A DNA stretch of 64,000 nucleotides from Candidatus Aminicenantes bacterium (GTDB lineage: Bacteria > Acidobacteriota > Aminicenantia > UBA2199), in the NCBI GenBank assembly GCA_018262835.1, contig JADFDP010000001.1:32081-96080 (forward strand), given 5' to 3'. This document shows positions 1 to 9,341 of the stretch, one piece after another; position 1 is the first letter of the stretch, and each line of letters begins with the position of its first letter. A model generated the notes under the pieces. That model ran no database searches, was not told where the DNA came from, and saw nothing but the letters and a program-made list of their open reading frames with translations. Position numbers and translations under genes: made by a program.

Positions 1-525
1 TTCCTGATGGAATCCGACCGCCATGCGGAGCTCCAGAATTTTGGGGACCTTTCCCGGGTGTTCGGCGCGCTCAATCCTTGGGACAGCTACTATATTTCCT
101 CCAACGGAGACGCCAATACCGCTTTTCACTATTGGAACATCGCATTGCTGCGCGGATTTGAAGTGCACTATACCGCCAATCGTTTCGGGAAAATGTTCTT
201 GAAAAACCTGGCTTCGGTCAACACGTTCATCACCAATGCCGCCTGGGACCTGGTGATCTACCCGCCGGCCATCCCCCCCAGCCTGGCTAGTCACACCGAC
301 CTTGTGCTATCCGTCTCGAACTCCAACGGGCTGAAACATAACTCCACCATTACCGTGCAATACCGGCCCGGCGCCTTTGCGGACTTTCCCGGCTTGCAGC
401 GGCGCCCCATATTCTTTCCCTATTACAGCAAAAGCTGCCACGCCGTTTCTTTAACGGAGCCGCAAAAACTCTACAACGATGTCTTTAACTGGCTGAATGA
501 CAATGGTCTTGTCCTTTCCAGGTGA
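1..525 (+). CDS. hypothetical protein, C-terminal part (frame open at window start)
   Basis: Frame 1 is open from nt 1 to the stop at 523-525. No recognisable motif. The next gene starts 8 nt downstream. Confidence 0.4.
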   Translation, partial: FLMESDRHAELQNFGDLSRVFGALNPWDSYYISSNGDANTAFHYWNIALLRGFEVHYTANRFGKMFLKNLASVNTFITNAAWDLVIYPPAIPPSLASHTDLVLSVSNSNGLKHNSTITVQYRPGAFADFPGLQRRPIFFPYYSKSCHAVSLTEPQKLYNDVFNWLNDNGLVLSR

Positions 526-532
526 GGGGCCG

Positions 533-1549
533 ATGAAAAATAGAATTGGCATTATCCTTTTGTCGGGCCTGATCTTTCTTTTCTCCTCCTGTTTTTTAAC
601 GGCTGCCGAGCAAGCGACAGATTCCCGGGGAAAACTGAGGCTGGAAATCTTTTCCGGATTCTCCCTTGTCTCTCCCGCAGACTTCAACCAGAACGTGAAT
701 TACCTGAAGGCGCTCGATCAATTTTTCTATGACGACTATTTTAATTATCTGAAGAATCTCAGCGCACTCTCCATTACCCACATTGAGAGCTGGGATAAAA
801 CGCAGAACGGCAAGTTGGGGTCCGTTAAAGGAGTCTTTCCTTTCGGGGCGCGGCTGAAATATGATGTTTCCCGTCGATTCGGACTCTCTTTGGGATTGAC
901 TTATCTTTCAGGCGGCAGAACCCGCCTTCAGGAAACGGTGTATCTCAGGACTCACTATTCTGACAAAAGGGACCAGGAAACGTTGCTTTACGATCCATTT
1001 TCGGCTTCTGTTTCCGGCATGGTCCCCTCCTTGGGACTACACTATCGGATTCCCATCGGCGGGAAACTGGAGGTTGAGACCTATCTCTCCGGCGGCCCGC
1101 TTTTTGCCCGTTGTGAATACAGCTATGCCAGGAACTATGAATGGAAGGTCTTTTATCATATCAACGGCATTTGGAACGAGTTGCCGGCCATGACGGATCA
1201 ACTGAGCCTGGAGCAGAAGGGAGGCGGCACGGGGGTTTCCCTGGAATGGGCGGGGCGTTTGAATTACCGGCTTTCACGGAAAGCTTCGCTCTTTATTGAT
1301 GCCGGTTACGCCTATCAGAAAGTTTCCAGGATCAGCGGAAAAAGCCGGGACAATCGCAATGGCATTGAGTCGAACTGGGAGGGCGTCTGGCAGGTGAAAG
1401 AGGAGCGGATCCATACGGAATGGGGAACGCTGGTCACGGAGCGGCCCGATAACTATTGGCCGGAGGGGAATGATTTTGTTTCCAAGGGTAACTTTATGCT
1501 TGACCTTTCGGGATTTGTCTTGAAAGCCGGGGTCGGCTTTTTTCTGTAG
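533..1549 (+). CDS. putative outer-membrane beta-barrel protein
   Basis: ATG 533 follows GGTGAGGGG. Signal peptide MKNRIGIILLSGLIFLFSSCFLTAAEQ. Gly/Tyr/Ser-rich alternating pattern with C-terminus ...AGVGFFL. No specific family recognised. Confidence 0.5.
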   Translation: MKNRIGIILLSGLIFLFSSCFLTAAEQATDSRGKLRLEIFSGFSLVSPADFNQNVNYLKALDQFFYDDYFNYLKNLSALSITHIESWDKTQNGKLGSVKGVFPFGARLKYDVSRRFGLSLGLTYLSGGRTRLQETVYLRTHYSDKRDQETLLYDPFSASVSGMVPSLGLHYRIPIGGKLEVETYLSGGPLFARCEYSYARNYEWKVFYHINGIWNELPAMTDQLSLEQKGGGTGVSLEWAGRLNYRLSRKASLFIDAGYAYQKVSRISGKSRDNRNGIESNWEGVWQVKEERIHTEWGTLVTERPDNYWPEGNDFVSKGNFMLDLSGFVLKAGVGFFL

Positions 1550-1601
1550 TGACAGTCAGACAGGGCTTGTTTTTGAAATCCATGCGCTTTCCGGCCTTAG
1601 A

Positions 1602-2795
1602 CTAATTAATGTCCTGGAAATAGTCTGAAATAATGAAGGCAAATTCCTTATTCGTGGTATATAGACCATCGTTTGCAGAAAACCTTATGGCAAAAGAGCC
1701 GAGCTGACCGCTCGCGGGCATCCAGGAGAAATTTCCGTTCTCCGCGTCGTAGGTTGCTCCCGGGGGCAGGTTTTCTGCGCAGTAATGGATCTCGGCCCCG
1801 CGGTTGGAGCGTGCGTTTATTTCTAGGCTGATGCTATGGCCGGCCTGGAGATAGTAGGTCCCCTCCTTGATGCGGAAGATCGGGGCGGGATCAAGCGGGT
1901 CATAAGAAACGTATTCAATGATCTCGTCAATGCCGGCCTGGCCGTAGGCGATCCTGAAAAAACCGTTCTCGCCCCACTTGTCCCCCCACGAGTTTTTGCA
2001 AATCCAGTAACCGCCGTTGACAACAGTGGCATCATCCTTCCAACCGATAAGCATCACGGCGTGACCGCCCCAGATATCTTGTTCCCCGGTCCAGACATAA
2101 ACTCCGCCGCCGATGACCTGGTCGAAATCCTTGTAGACCGTGAATCCCGTGCTGACAGGTCCGTTCTTTAAAAGGATAGTTTTCAGCGCGCGCACTCGAT
2201 CTGCCAGCGGCAGAAAACTGACATTCAGAATGGAGTAATCGTTTATAAAATAGTCCGCCTGGGCCGGATGATGACAAACAGAATCATCCGGATTCCAGGG
2301 ATAATTGGCCTCGCTGGCGATGCCATTGCGCATAATATAGGAGAAGGCATAATGCTCCATAGCGGCAGCTTTACTCAAGGGATGGCAGGAACTGATCTCT
2401 TCTTCGGAAACATCCACCACCTGGCCCCCGTTGCGTTTCATGATCGCTGATTCCACCGTACCGATGGCGCTGAAGATCCAGCAAGCCTCCTGTCCCTGAT
2501 CTTTCACGGGGCTGATACAGCCCAATTGCCGGTAGTCGAGCTCGGCGGGCAGTTCTGCTTCTGCTGCCAGTGCCAGCAGCTCGCTGACCTGCTCCCAGGA
2601 AGCCGGCGGCAGAAACTGGCGCTGGAAGAATATCTCGGCGGGAATCAGCCTTCCCCTGAACTCCGCGGAATCGAAAAGCTCCGTTGCCGAAAGATGAATT
2701 CTTCTGGCTTTCTCCTCTTGAGGAAAAAGAAAGCTGCTCAAAATAAAAGACAGGCACAAACTGATTAGGGCCTTTTTTTGAAGACGCATGCTCAT
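1602..2795 (-). CDS. papain-family (C1) cysteine peptidase, secreted, with C-terminal extension
   Basis: Signal peptide present. Catalytic contexts: SPVKDQGQEACWIFSA (Cys), GGHAVMLIGW (His), KNSWGDKWGENGFFRI (Asn). About 90 aa of extra C-terminal domain. Confidence 0.8.
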   Translation of the reverse strand: MSMRLQKKALISLCLSFILSSFLFPQEEKARRIHLSATELFDSAEFRGRLIPAEIFFQRQFLPPASWEQVSELLALAAEAELPAELDYRQLGCISPVKDQGQEACWIFSAIGTVESAIMKRNGGQVVDVSEEEISSCHPLSKAAAMEHYAFSYIMRNGIASEANYPWNPDDSVCHHPAQADYFINDYSILNVSFLPLADRVRALKTILLKNGPVSTGFTVYKDFDQVIGGGVYVWTGEQDIWGGHAVMLIGWKDDATVVNGGYWICKNSWGDKWGENGFFRIAYGQAGIDEIIEYVSYDPLDPAPIFRIKEGTYYLQAGHSISLEINARSNRGAEIHYCAENLPPGATYDAENGNFSWMPASGQLGSFAIRFSANDGLYTTNKEFAFIISDYFQDIN

Positions 2796-2800
2796 CCTCC

Positions 2801-4126
2801 TTAGAGATGACAGTTGAATCCGATCGCGAAGAGATGCTCGCTGCGGGAGGCAAAGCTCATCGCGGTCAGGCCGTTCAGTTCCAAGTCTTCATTTCCGTTT
2901 ATAACATTTCGAGCGGAAACATTCAGGTAGCGGTAAGCGACGGAAACGCTCATTCTCTTGCTGCGCCAGCCCAATCCCGCCGAAAGCCCCCACTGGTCGG
3001 TAAACGGGAATGTGGCCGAAAACTGCTCGTCTTGCACCGGACTGGGCTCTAAAAACACCCCCATCCGTATGCATATTTTTTCGGACGCTTCATATTCAGC
3101 TCCGATCCGCAATGAAACCGGATTTTTCCAGGAGAAATCGCCCTCCACCTCCCGCCAACGGAAAAAAGATTCGATGAGCATGGGCCTCTCAAACTGAATC
3201 GATACTGTATCGAACATCATCCAGAATGGCAGGTAGGCGTCTGCCTCAAGCATGAGGCGTTGACTCGGCTTCCAGGCCAGACCCAACTTGACGGTTGCGA
3301 TGTCACGGATCCGGGCCTCGGCTTTTTGCTCGGGCGAGTCAATGAAGACCAAGTCAAGCGCATGGTTCCACTCTGCGAAGGGGGTATCGGATTCGCGCAC
3401 GATGACCCTACCCGCCGAGTAAACTCCTCCGAAGCTTCCTTCGACCGAAAATCCAAAATCAAGCTTGGAACTCATCTTCCAGCTTGCACCAAACCCAAAC
3501 GAGAGAAACGTTGATCGACAATCCTTCAGGGACAGGATGAAGTCCTGCGCATCCTGAATCAGGCCGTTGGTGAGCTGGACGAGCAACATGTCATGATTGA
3601 AATGACGGACAAACTCTCCCGATGAGAAATTGATGCCCATGCTCGCGCCGATGGAAATACGATCGCTGATCTTGAGTGCGATAGCGGGGGTGAAGGTCTG
3701 GGTTTTGAAATAAAGCTGCCTGGCGTCATAAACCAGGGGATTGAACCGGTCGGTTGGCCAACTGAGCTCGTGCCGGGAAGAAGTGTGCACTCCCAATCCG
3801 GCCCAGAGGAATTTATTGAATTTGTGCGTGAGGGCGAATTCGGGCAGCAAAAATGACGCCTTTTTGGAATCGAACGCCAAACCGTCAAAATCTGTTGTGG
3901 AAAAAGAGTAGGATCGCGAAGTATAAGAGCTTCCCAGTTGCAGCTGGGTTCCTTCGAGCCGGGTGATCGCGGCGGGATTGTAAAAAATGGAAGTAGGGTC
4001 GTGAAAACCAGCCACAAAAGCGCCGGCCAGGGCCGTGGCGCGGGGGCCGATCTCGTAATTCTTGAATCCCGTTCCAAAAAGGGATAATGAAAGAAGGACT
4101 GTGAATGAAATTAAGATTTTTTTCAT
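2801..4126 (-). CDS. OMPP1/FadL/TodX-family outer-membrane transport protein
   Basis: Signal peptide plus the N-terminal motif GPRATALAGAFVAGFHDPTSIFYNPAAI typical of FadL-like channels. ATG 4126 lies 8 nt after GGAGG. The GTG at 4135 from the ORF track lies inside the RBS. Confidence 0.75.
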   Translation of the reverse strand: MKKILISFTVLLSLSLFGTGFKNYEIGPRATALAGAFVAGFHDPTSIFYNPAAITRLEGTQLQLGSSYTSRSYSFSTTDFDGLAFDSKKASFLLPEFALTHKFNKFLWAGLGVHTSSRHELSWPTDRFNPLVYDARQLYFKTQTFTPAIALKISDRISIGASMGINFSSGEFVRHFNHDMLLVQLTNGLIQDAQDFILSLKDCRSTFLSFGFGASWKMSSKLDFGFSVEGSFGGVYSAGRVIVRESDTPFAEWNHALDLVFIDSPEQKAEARIRDIATVKLGLAWKPSQRLMLEADAYLPFWMMFDTVSIQFERPMLIESFFRWREVEGDFSWKNPVSLRIGAEYEASEKICIRMGVFLEPSPVQDEQFSATFPFTDQWGLSAGLGWRSKRMSVSVAYRYLNVSARNVINGNEDLELNGLTAMSFASRSEHLFAIGFNCHL

Positions 4127-4457
4127 CAAGATCACCTCCTTTTTGCTGTGGCCTGTTCCACGGTGAATTTTCTCGTATCCATTAAATTTGGTGCTTGAAT
4201 ATTAATTCCAACACTTTTCGGAAGCGTTTATTCACTTTTTTTAATATTTATTAGAAAAAAATGAACTGGAATTTATCCGGGAGTTGAAGCTGACAAGGAA
4301 AATAATCTGAGCAAGGTTTTATTTGGAAATGATGCCGTGCTGTTTATTATTCAGATTTTGCTCGGTGCAATGGCTCCGATCTTGACAGGATTTTCAGCCA
4401 ATGGCATGAAAACGGGTGTCCATCAGCGAAGCCCCGGCGGGGAAAAATTCCTTTTGC

Positions 4458-5927
4458 TCACTCGCAGTAATACTGGATGACGCGGATGACCGCCTGTTCG
4501 CAGACCTTGCACAACGGCTTGAGGCCGCGGCTGAACATCAGGCAGTCGAGCATGGGCCGGAACAACCCCTTGGCCGCGTAGCCGGCGCCCTCGAAGGCTC
4601 CGACCTTGCCCTGGAAACGGCTCTTTTTGAAAAAAGCGTTCACTTCCAGGCCGTTCAGGCGCGACATCTCATCGCTCTGTGCTTGCAGGGCGTCGATTTC
4701 CGCCTTGGGGGCGTTGGCGCGCTTCAGGGCAGCGATCCTTTCGTTCGTCTCCTGGCGTTTTTTTTGGTAAACCCTTTCCATTTCTTCATATGCCGCTTTT
4801 TCCCACAGGGTGGGCACGGCGGTCTTCTTTGTCACCAGTTCCTTCCATTTCAGGTTTTTGGGGTCGAGCAGGGCGGTGACGTTGGGCTCGAGCGGCTCGA
4901 CTCCGACCGGGTAGAACTCGTTGTAGGCCACGGCCGAGGTGTAATATTCGTCGGCCAGGCCGCTGAACGAATGGCCGAACTCATGCATGCATAGATACTG
5001 CTGCCACTGGTCGTCGCTGGTGAAGGTGCAGTAGAGGTTGTAGATGCCGCCGCCGCCGTAGCGCGTCTGGTTGACCATGATCAGCAAGGCGTCGTAGGGG
5101 ACGTGGGCGGCGATGTCGCGCAGGGCGCGGTTGTCGTCGGTCAGCAGGTAACGCTCCGAGCCGAAGGAATCGAATTGGGCTCCCAGGACCGTGTTCTTGA
5201 ATTGACCGAAGCTGGGCTCGTCGCAGCCGCTTTCCGCTGAAGGCTTGAACAGGCCGGTGATATTGAAACGGTCCCTGTAGGTCTTGTAGGGTTCCTGGCT
5301 GGTAATGAGCTCACTGAAGCGTGCCAGGTCGCGCTTGAATTTTTCCTGCTCGGCCGCGGTATAACCTTCACCAACGATTGCCAGGTCAACCCTGTCGGCC
5401 GGAGCGCCGTTCTTGACCTGTTCGATCACCTGCACGTCGCCGGAGAGCTTCTCCTTGACGATGAACTGGTCGGCGGGATCGATCTCCCGGCCGAACAGGA
5501 GCTGGGGGAGGTTTTGCCGGTCGCGCAGCAGGATCTCCAGGCGGATCTTGTTTTTGGGATAAGGCAGGAGCAGTGTTTCGGAAAACGTTTTGCCGATCCC
5601 GTTCTGACCCGGATCGGTGGTCTTGTATTCGCCGAAATAACTGTCGAAGCCCTTGCTGTAGATCAGGGTGCCGGAAGCGGCATCGCTTATCCGCAGCTGG
5701 TAGCGGCCCAGGGCGAAGGGATCGATGGTGCGGCGCGGGTTGCCGGCCCAGGGGCCTTGCTGGAAAATCCGGTCAATCATGAACGTTTCTTCCTTGGCGT
5801 CGCCGGCGTGGAACATGTCCACGCGCAGGGTCCGATTCTCGAAAAAGGCAGCGAAATCGACATTGTCCGAGGCCTGTCCGGACAGTGAGCAAGCCAGCAA
5901 AAATAAAACCAGGATCGTTGCTTTCAT
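4458..5927 (-). CDS. M64-family (IgA-peptidase-like) zinc metallopeptidase
   Basis: HEFGHSFSGLADEY zinc motif. Signal peptide MKATILVLFLLACSLSG. ATG 5927 lies 7 nt after GGAGG. Confidence 0.8.
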   Translation of the reverse strand: MKATILVLFLLACSLSGQASDNVDFAAFFENRTLRVDMFHAGDAKEETFMIDRIFQQGPWAGNPRRTIDPFALGRYQLRISDAASGTLIYSKGFDSYFGEYKTTDPGQNGIGKTFSETLLLPYPKNKIRLEILLRDRQNLPQLLFGREIDPADQFIVKEKLSGDVQVIEQVKNGAPADRVDLAIVGEGYTAAEQEKFKRDLARFSELITSQEPYKTYRDRFNITGLFKPSAESGCDEPSFGQFKNTVLGAQFDSFGSERYLLTDDNRALRDIAAHVPYDALLIMVNQTRYGGGGIYNLYCTFTSDDQWQQYLCMHEFGHSFSGLADEYYTSAVAYNEFYPVGVEPLEPNVTALLDPKNLKWKELVTKKTAVPTLWEKAAYEEMERVYQKKRQETNERIAALKRANAPKAEIDALQAQSDEMSRLNGLEVNAFFKKSRFQGKVGAFEGAGYAAKGLFRPMLDCLMFSRGLKPLCKVCEQAVIRVIQYYCE

Positions 5928-6070
5928 GACGACCTCCAAAATTTATCCTTAAGGAATGCTAGCACATGCGGCAGCAGCCTGCAACTGAAGGTGTCCATTG
6001 GCCGCAGCCCGGGGCGATGATTTGCTTTGTGCGGCGGCTTCGGCTAATATAAGCCATCCAGGAGGTGGCC

Positions 6071-6640
6071 ATGATTTGCCCGAACTGTCATCAATTCACG
6101 CCCGATCAGGGATTCAAGTGCATAAATTGCGGTTCCATTCTCAAAAAAAAGGATCCCTACGCCGAACATGATCAGGGAGTCCAGTTGCGGCGCGACAATC
6201 CCTCTTTCTTCAGGCTCTGGATGCTGGTGCCCCTGGTTCTGCTGGCCATACTGGCCTATTTGTATTTTGCCCAAAAGAATAAAAGCCATGCCATCAATGC
6301 CCACAATCCAGGAGCGGAACTGGCCATCGAGGCCTATTTGCAAAAAGGAAAAACCAATGTCGTCGATTTTTACAGCGACTTTTGTCCGCCCTGCCGGAAG
6401 ATCTCGCCGCTGCTGCAAAAGCTGGGCAGCAAAAGGCCGGATCTGGCCATACTCCCGGTCGATATCAACCGCAAGGGGGTCAAGGGCATCGACTTTTTTT
6501 CACCCCTGGCCCGCCAGTACGAGCTGGGCTCGGTTCCCAATTTCCGCATTTACGACGGCGAAGGCAACCTGGTCAAACAGGGTCAGGAAGCCTATATGGA
6601 GGTTATCATGATGATCGCTGCCGCCGGCATCAGCATGTGA
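6071..6640 (+). CDS. thioredoxin-fold protein with N-terminal zinc ribbon and one TM helix
   Basis: CPNC...CINC ribbon, then a hydrophobic helix (LWMLVPLVLLAILAYLYF). CPPC active site in VVDFYSDFCPPCRKISP. ATG 6071 lies 5 nt after GGAGG. Confidence 0.7.
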   Translation: MICPNCHQFTPDQGFKCINCGSILKKKDPYAEHDQGVQLRRDNPSFFRLWMLVPLVLLAILAYLYFAQKNKSHAINAHNPGAELAIEAYLQKGKTNVVDFYSDFCPPCRKISPLLQKLGSKRPDLAILPVDINRKGVKGIDFFSPLARQYELGSVPNFRIYDGEGNLVKQGQEAYMEVIMMIAAAGISM

Positions 6641-6691
6641 ATGTCCGGCTGACCGGACACGGCGAGCTGGATTCAGGCAAGGAGAAAAAAC

Positions 6692-7087
6692 ATGGATATG
6701 AAGATCACATTTCCGGGCGGGAAAAAAGTCAACGCCGAATACAACGGCTTCACCCATCAGACCGACCAGCCTTTGAATGCCGGCGGCGAGAACAGCGCCC
6801 CGTCGCCGTTCGAACTCTTCCTGGCCTCGCTGGGCGCCTGCGCCGGCTTCTATGTCCTGTCCTTCTGCCAGCAGCGCGGCATCGACATGACGGGGATCGA
6901 GCTGCGCCAGACCATGGCGCTCGATCCGCGGACACACCGGATCGGACAGATCGACATCGAGATCATCCTGCCCGCGGCTTTTCCTGAAAAATACCGGGCC
7001 GCCGTGGTGCAGGCGGCCCAGCTGTGCACGGTGAAAAAACACCTGGAAAATCCTCCCAAGTTCAGTTTATTCGCCACCGTCCGCTAA
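6692..7087 (+). CDS. OsmC/Ohr-family protein
   Basis: 131 aa with SPFELFLASLGACAG and AAQLCTVKK segments characteristic of the OsmC fold. RBS AAGGAGA lies upstream. Confidence 0.7.
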   Translation: MDMKITFPGGKKVNAEYNGFTHQTDQPLNAGGENSAPSPFELFLASLGACAGFYVLSFCQQRGIDMTGIELRQTMALDPRTHRIGQIDIEIILPAAFPEKYRAAVVQAAQLCTVKKHLENPPKFSLFATVR

Positions 7088-7088
7088 A

Positions 7089-9329
7089 TCAATCTCCCGC
7101 ACGCTCCCCATCGTAAATTTCGATGACGCGGCCGCTGGCCACGAAGCGGACATTGCGGCCCAGGGCCAGCACCGGCGCCAATTCCGGCTGTTTTTTCAGC
7201 ATGGTGAAATAGTCGTCGGATGCGAAGGCGATGCGCGTGACCGGCAGCTTGGCCGCCTCCTGGATGCGGGCGTCGGTCCAAAGGCCGTCGCTTTGGTAGT
7301 AAACTTTGCCCTGGACGGTTTTGAACTGCCGGCCTAATTCAGGCAAGCTGCTGCCGCCGGATCGGGTCTCCGAAACCGTCTGGGCCTGGTTCAGCTTCTG
7401 CAATTCACTGCTGGCGCGCACGCTGCCCGATCCCGACTTGTCCTTCATGCCGGCGAACTCCTCCCTTTGCTTTTGGACCGAAGCCGGACTGGCGGCCAGG
7501 CCGCGGCCAAGGGTCATGTCGCTTTCGGCCAGGTCGCCCCGGTCGCGGCGGATCTTTTCATCTTCCACGATCAGGTAGCTGGTGTAGGGGGTGACGATGC
7601 CGTATTGCCTGGCCAGGCGGGTCACTTCGTCGACCAGCTCCCTGTCTTCCCCGTGCAGGCGGATCTCGTCGAGAAGGAAACCCACCCGCCGGGCCGCCCA
7701 AAGCGGCAGGAGAAAATCATGGCCGGAATCATCAGCGGGGAAATCGGCCTGAAAAGTGAACTCCTCGTTCCGGTTGTTCACCCGGCCGCTGACGGTGATC
7801 GCCGCCTTTCCGGAACCCTGGTAACGGCCGACCACGGTCAGCGCCGAACCCCGATACAGGTCGGGCAGGTCTCTGGGATAGATTTGCCTGGCGCGGACAT
7901 TGCCGGAAAAGGCCAGGCGGATGTCGCTTAAAACCGGCGACCGGATCTTGTCGTAAAAGCGGGCGATGCCGCTCTCGATGTTTTCGCCGGCCGCGATGTA
8001 GGTCCGGAAAGTGCGCGTTTCCTCCGCCAACCTGTCCAGCAGGTGGGTGTTGATGTCGCTGCCGATGGCCACGGGGAAGATGCGCAACGATCCGTGTTTT
8101 GCCCGGGTGATGATGCGCAGCAGCGCTTCATCATCGGTGGCGCCGATGGTCGGTTTGCCGTCGGTGACCAGAATGACCAAACGGGGACGCTCCCTTGCCC
8201 CGGCTTGGCCCAGCGCCTCTTGCAGCGCCTCTTCGCAGTTGGTGCCGCCAGCTGCCTGCCACTGGCGGACGAATTGTTCGGCCCGGCGCAGGTTCGCGCC
8301 TGAGGGGACCGTCAGCCCTGCGAACAGGGATTCGGCCTCGGTGGCAAAGCGGATGACATTGAAGCGGTCGCCGCGGTTCAGCCGGCCCAGGCAATACGAA
8401 ATGGCGTTCTGGGCCTGCTCCAGGCTGCGGCCGGCCATGCTGCCCGAAGTGTCCACCACAAAAGTGATGTCTTTTTCAGCGACTTCGCTGTCCGCGCCGG
8501 CGTAGTTCGGGCTGGCGCTGAAGAAAAAAACGCCGTCCTGTCCGGGAGAGCGGTATGTCAGCAAGGAGAATCCGAAACGGCCCGAAGCGGGAGTGATGAA
8601 AACCTTGAAGTCCGTGTCCGGCATGCTGTTGCGGCTCATATACTCAACCCTGGCACTCTTGGCGCCAGGACGCTCGATGGTTGCCGGGTGGGTCGGGCAG
8701 TGGATGCCGGCCAGCGGTGTCGCTGAACGGATATTCATGACGATGCTGACTTCGGGTATGGCCCTGGCCGAAAATTTTTCCGTGCCCAGGGGGTAGAGAT
8801 AGGCGATGCTGCCGTTGTTTTTTTCCAGTACTTCATGATAGGAGATTTTTATCCTTTTTTTGCTGCGCGGCTCGATGGGAAACACCCTCATTTTGAAAAC
8901 CCCGCGGCCGTCATATTCAAGCAGGGCCGGGTCGCGCAGACGGCGCACGATGTCTTCGTAAATGTTCCTGGCCTTGGCGGCGTCGAGCAGCTCGGCCCGG
9001 GTTTCCCGGCCGTCGATCCACATGCTGAAATCGCGGATCACGGCACCCGCGGGCAGGGGGAACAGGTAATAGCCCTCCAGCCGGGAGGCGTTGGGGTTGT
9101 AGAATTCCTGGTCCACGGAGGTGGTGGCCAGCTGGTCGGTGATCTCGACACGGACATCGTGGCGCACGACTTCCAGGGGAAAGGGCGAAACCGGACCCGG
9201 CCGGGGCGGACGGGGGATGACGATGAAACCGTCGGCGAGCAGGGCCGTGCCGTTGAGCGACATGACAGCCAGGGCCAGGCAGATCAGGGCGGGCTTCAGC
9301 AGCTTTTTGCCTTTCATTTTCTTCTCCAT
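7089..9329 (-). CDS. secreted VIT-domain plus von Willebrand factor A (vWA) domain protein
   Basis: Signal peptide present. VIT-like N-terminus (VRVEITDQLATTSVDQEFYNP...YYLFPLP). vWA MIDAS motif FVVDTSGSMAG. The start could be Met1 or Met5. Confidence 0.75.
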   Translation of the reverse strand: MEKKMKGKKLLKPALICLALAVMSLNGTALLADGFIVIPRPPRPGPVSPFPLEVVRHDVRVEITDQLATTSVDQEFYNPNASRLEGYYLFPLPAGAVIRDFSMWIDGRETRAELLDAAKARNIYEDIVRRLRDPALLEYDGRGVFKMRVFPIEPRSKKRIKISYHEVLEKNNGSIAYLYPLGTEKFSARAIPEVSIVMNIRSATPLAGIHCPTHPATIERPGAKSARVEYMSRNSMPDTDFKVFITPASGRFGFSLLTYRSPGQDGVFFFSASPNYAGADSEVAEKDITFVVDTSGSMAGRSLEQAQNAISYCLGRLNRGDRFNVIRFATEAESLFAGLTVPSGANLRRAEQFVRQWQAAGGTNCEEALQEALGQAGARERPRLVILVTDGKPTIGATDDEALLRIITRAKHGSLRIFPVAIGSDINTHLLDRLAEETRTFRTYIAAGENIESGIARFYDKIRSPVLSDIRLAFSGNVRARQIYPRDLPDLYRGSALTVVGRYQGSGKAAITVSGRVNNRNEEFTFQADFPADDSGHDFLLPLWAARRVGFLLDEIRLHGEDRELVDEVTRLARQYGIVTPYTSYLIVEDEKIRRDRGDLAESDMTLGRGLAASPASVQKQREEFAGMKDKSGSGSVRASSELQKLNQAQTVSETRSGGSSLPELGRQFKTVQGKVYYQSDGLWTDARIQEAAKLPVTRIAFASDDYFTMLKKQPELAPVLALGRNVRFVASGRVIEIYDGERAGD

Positions 9330-9341
9330 GGCCGCAACCGC

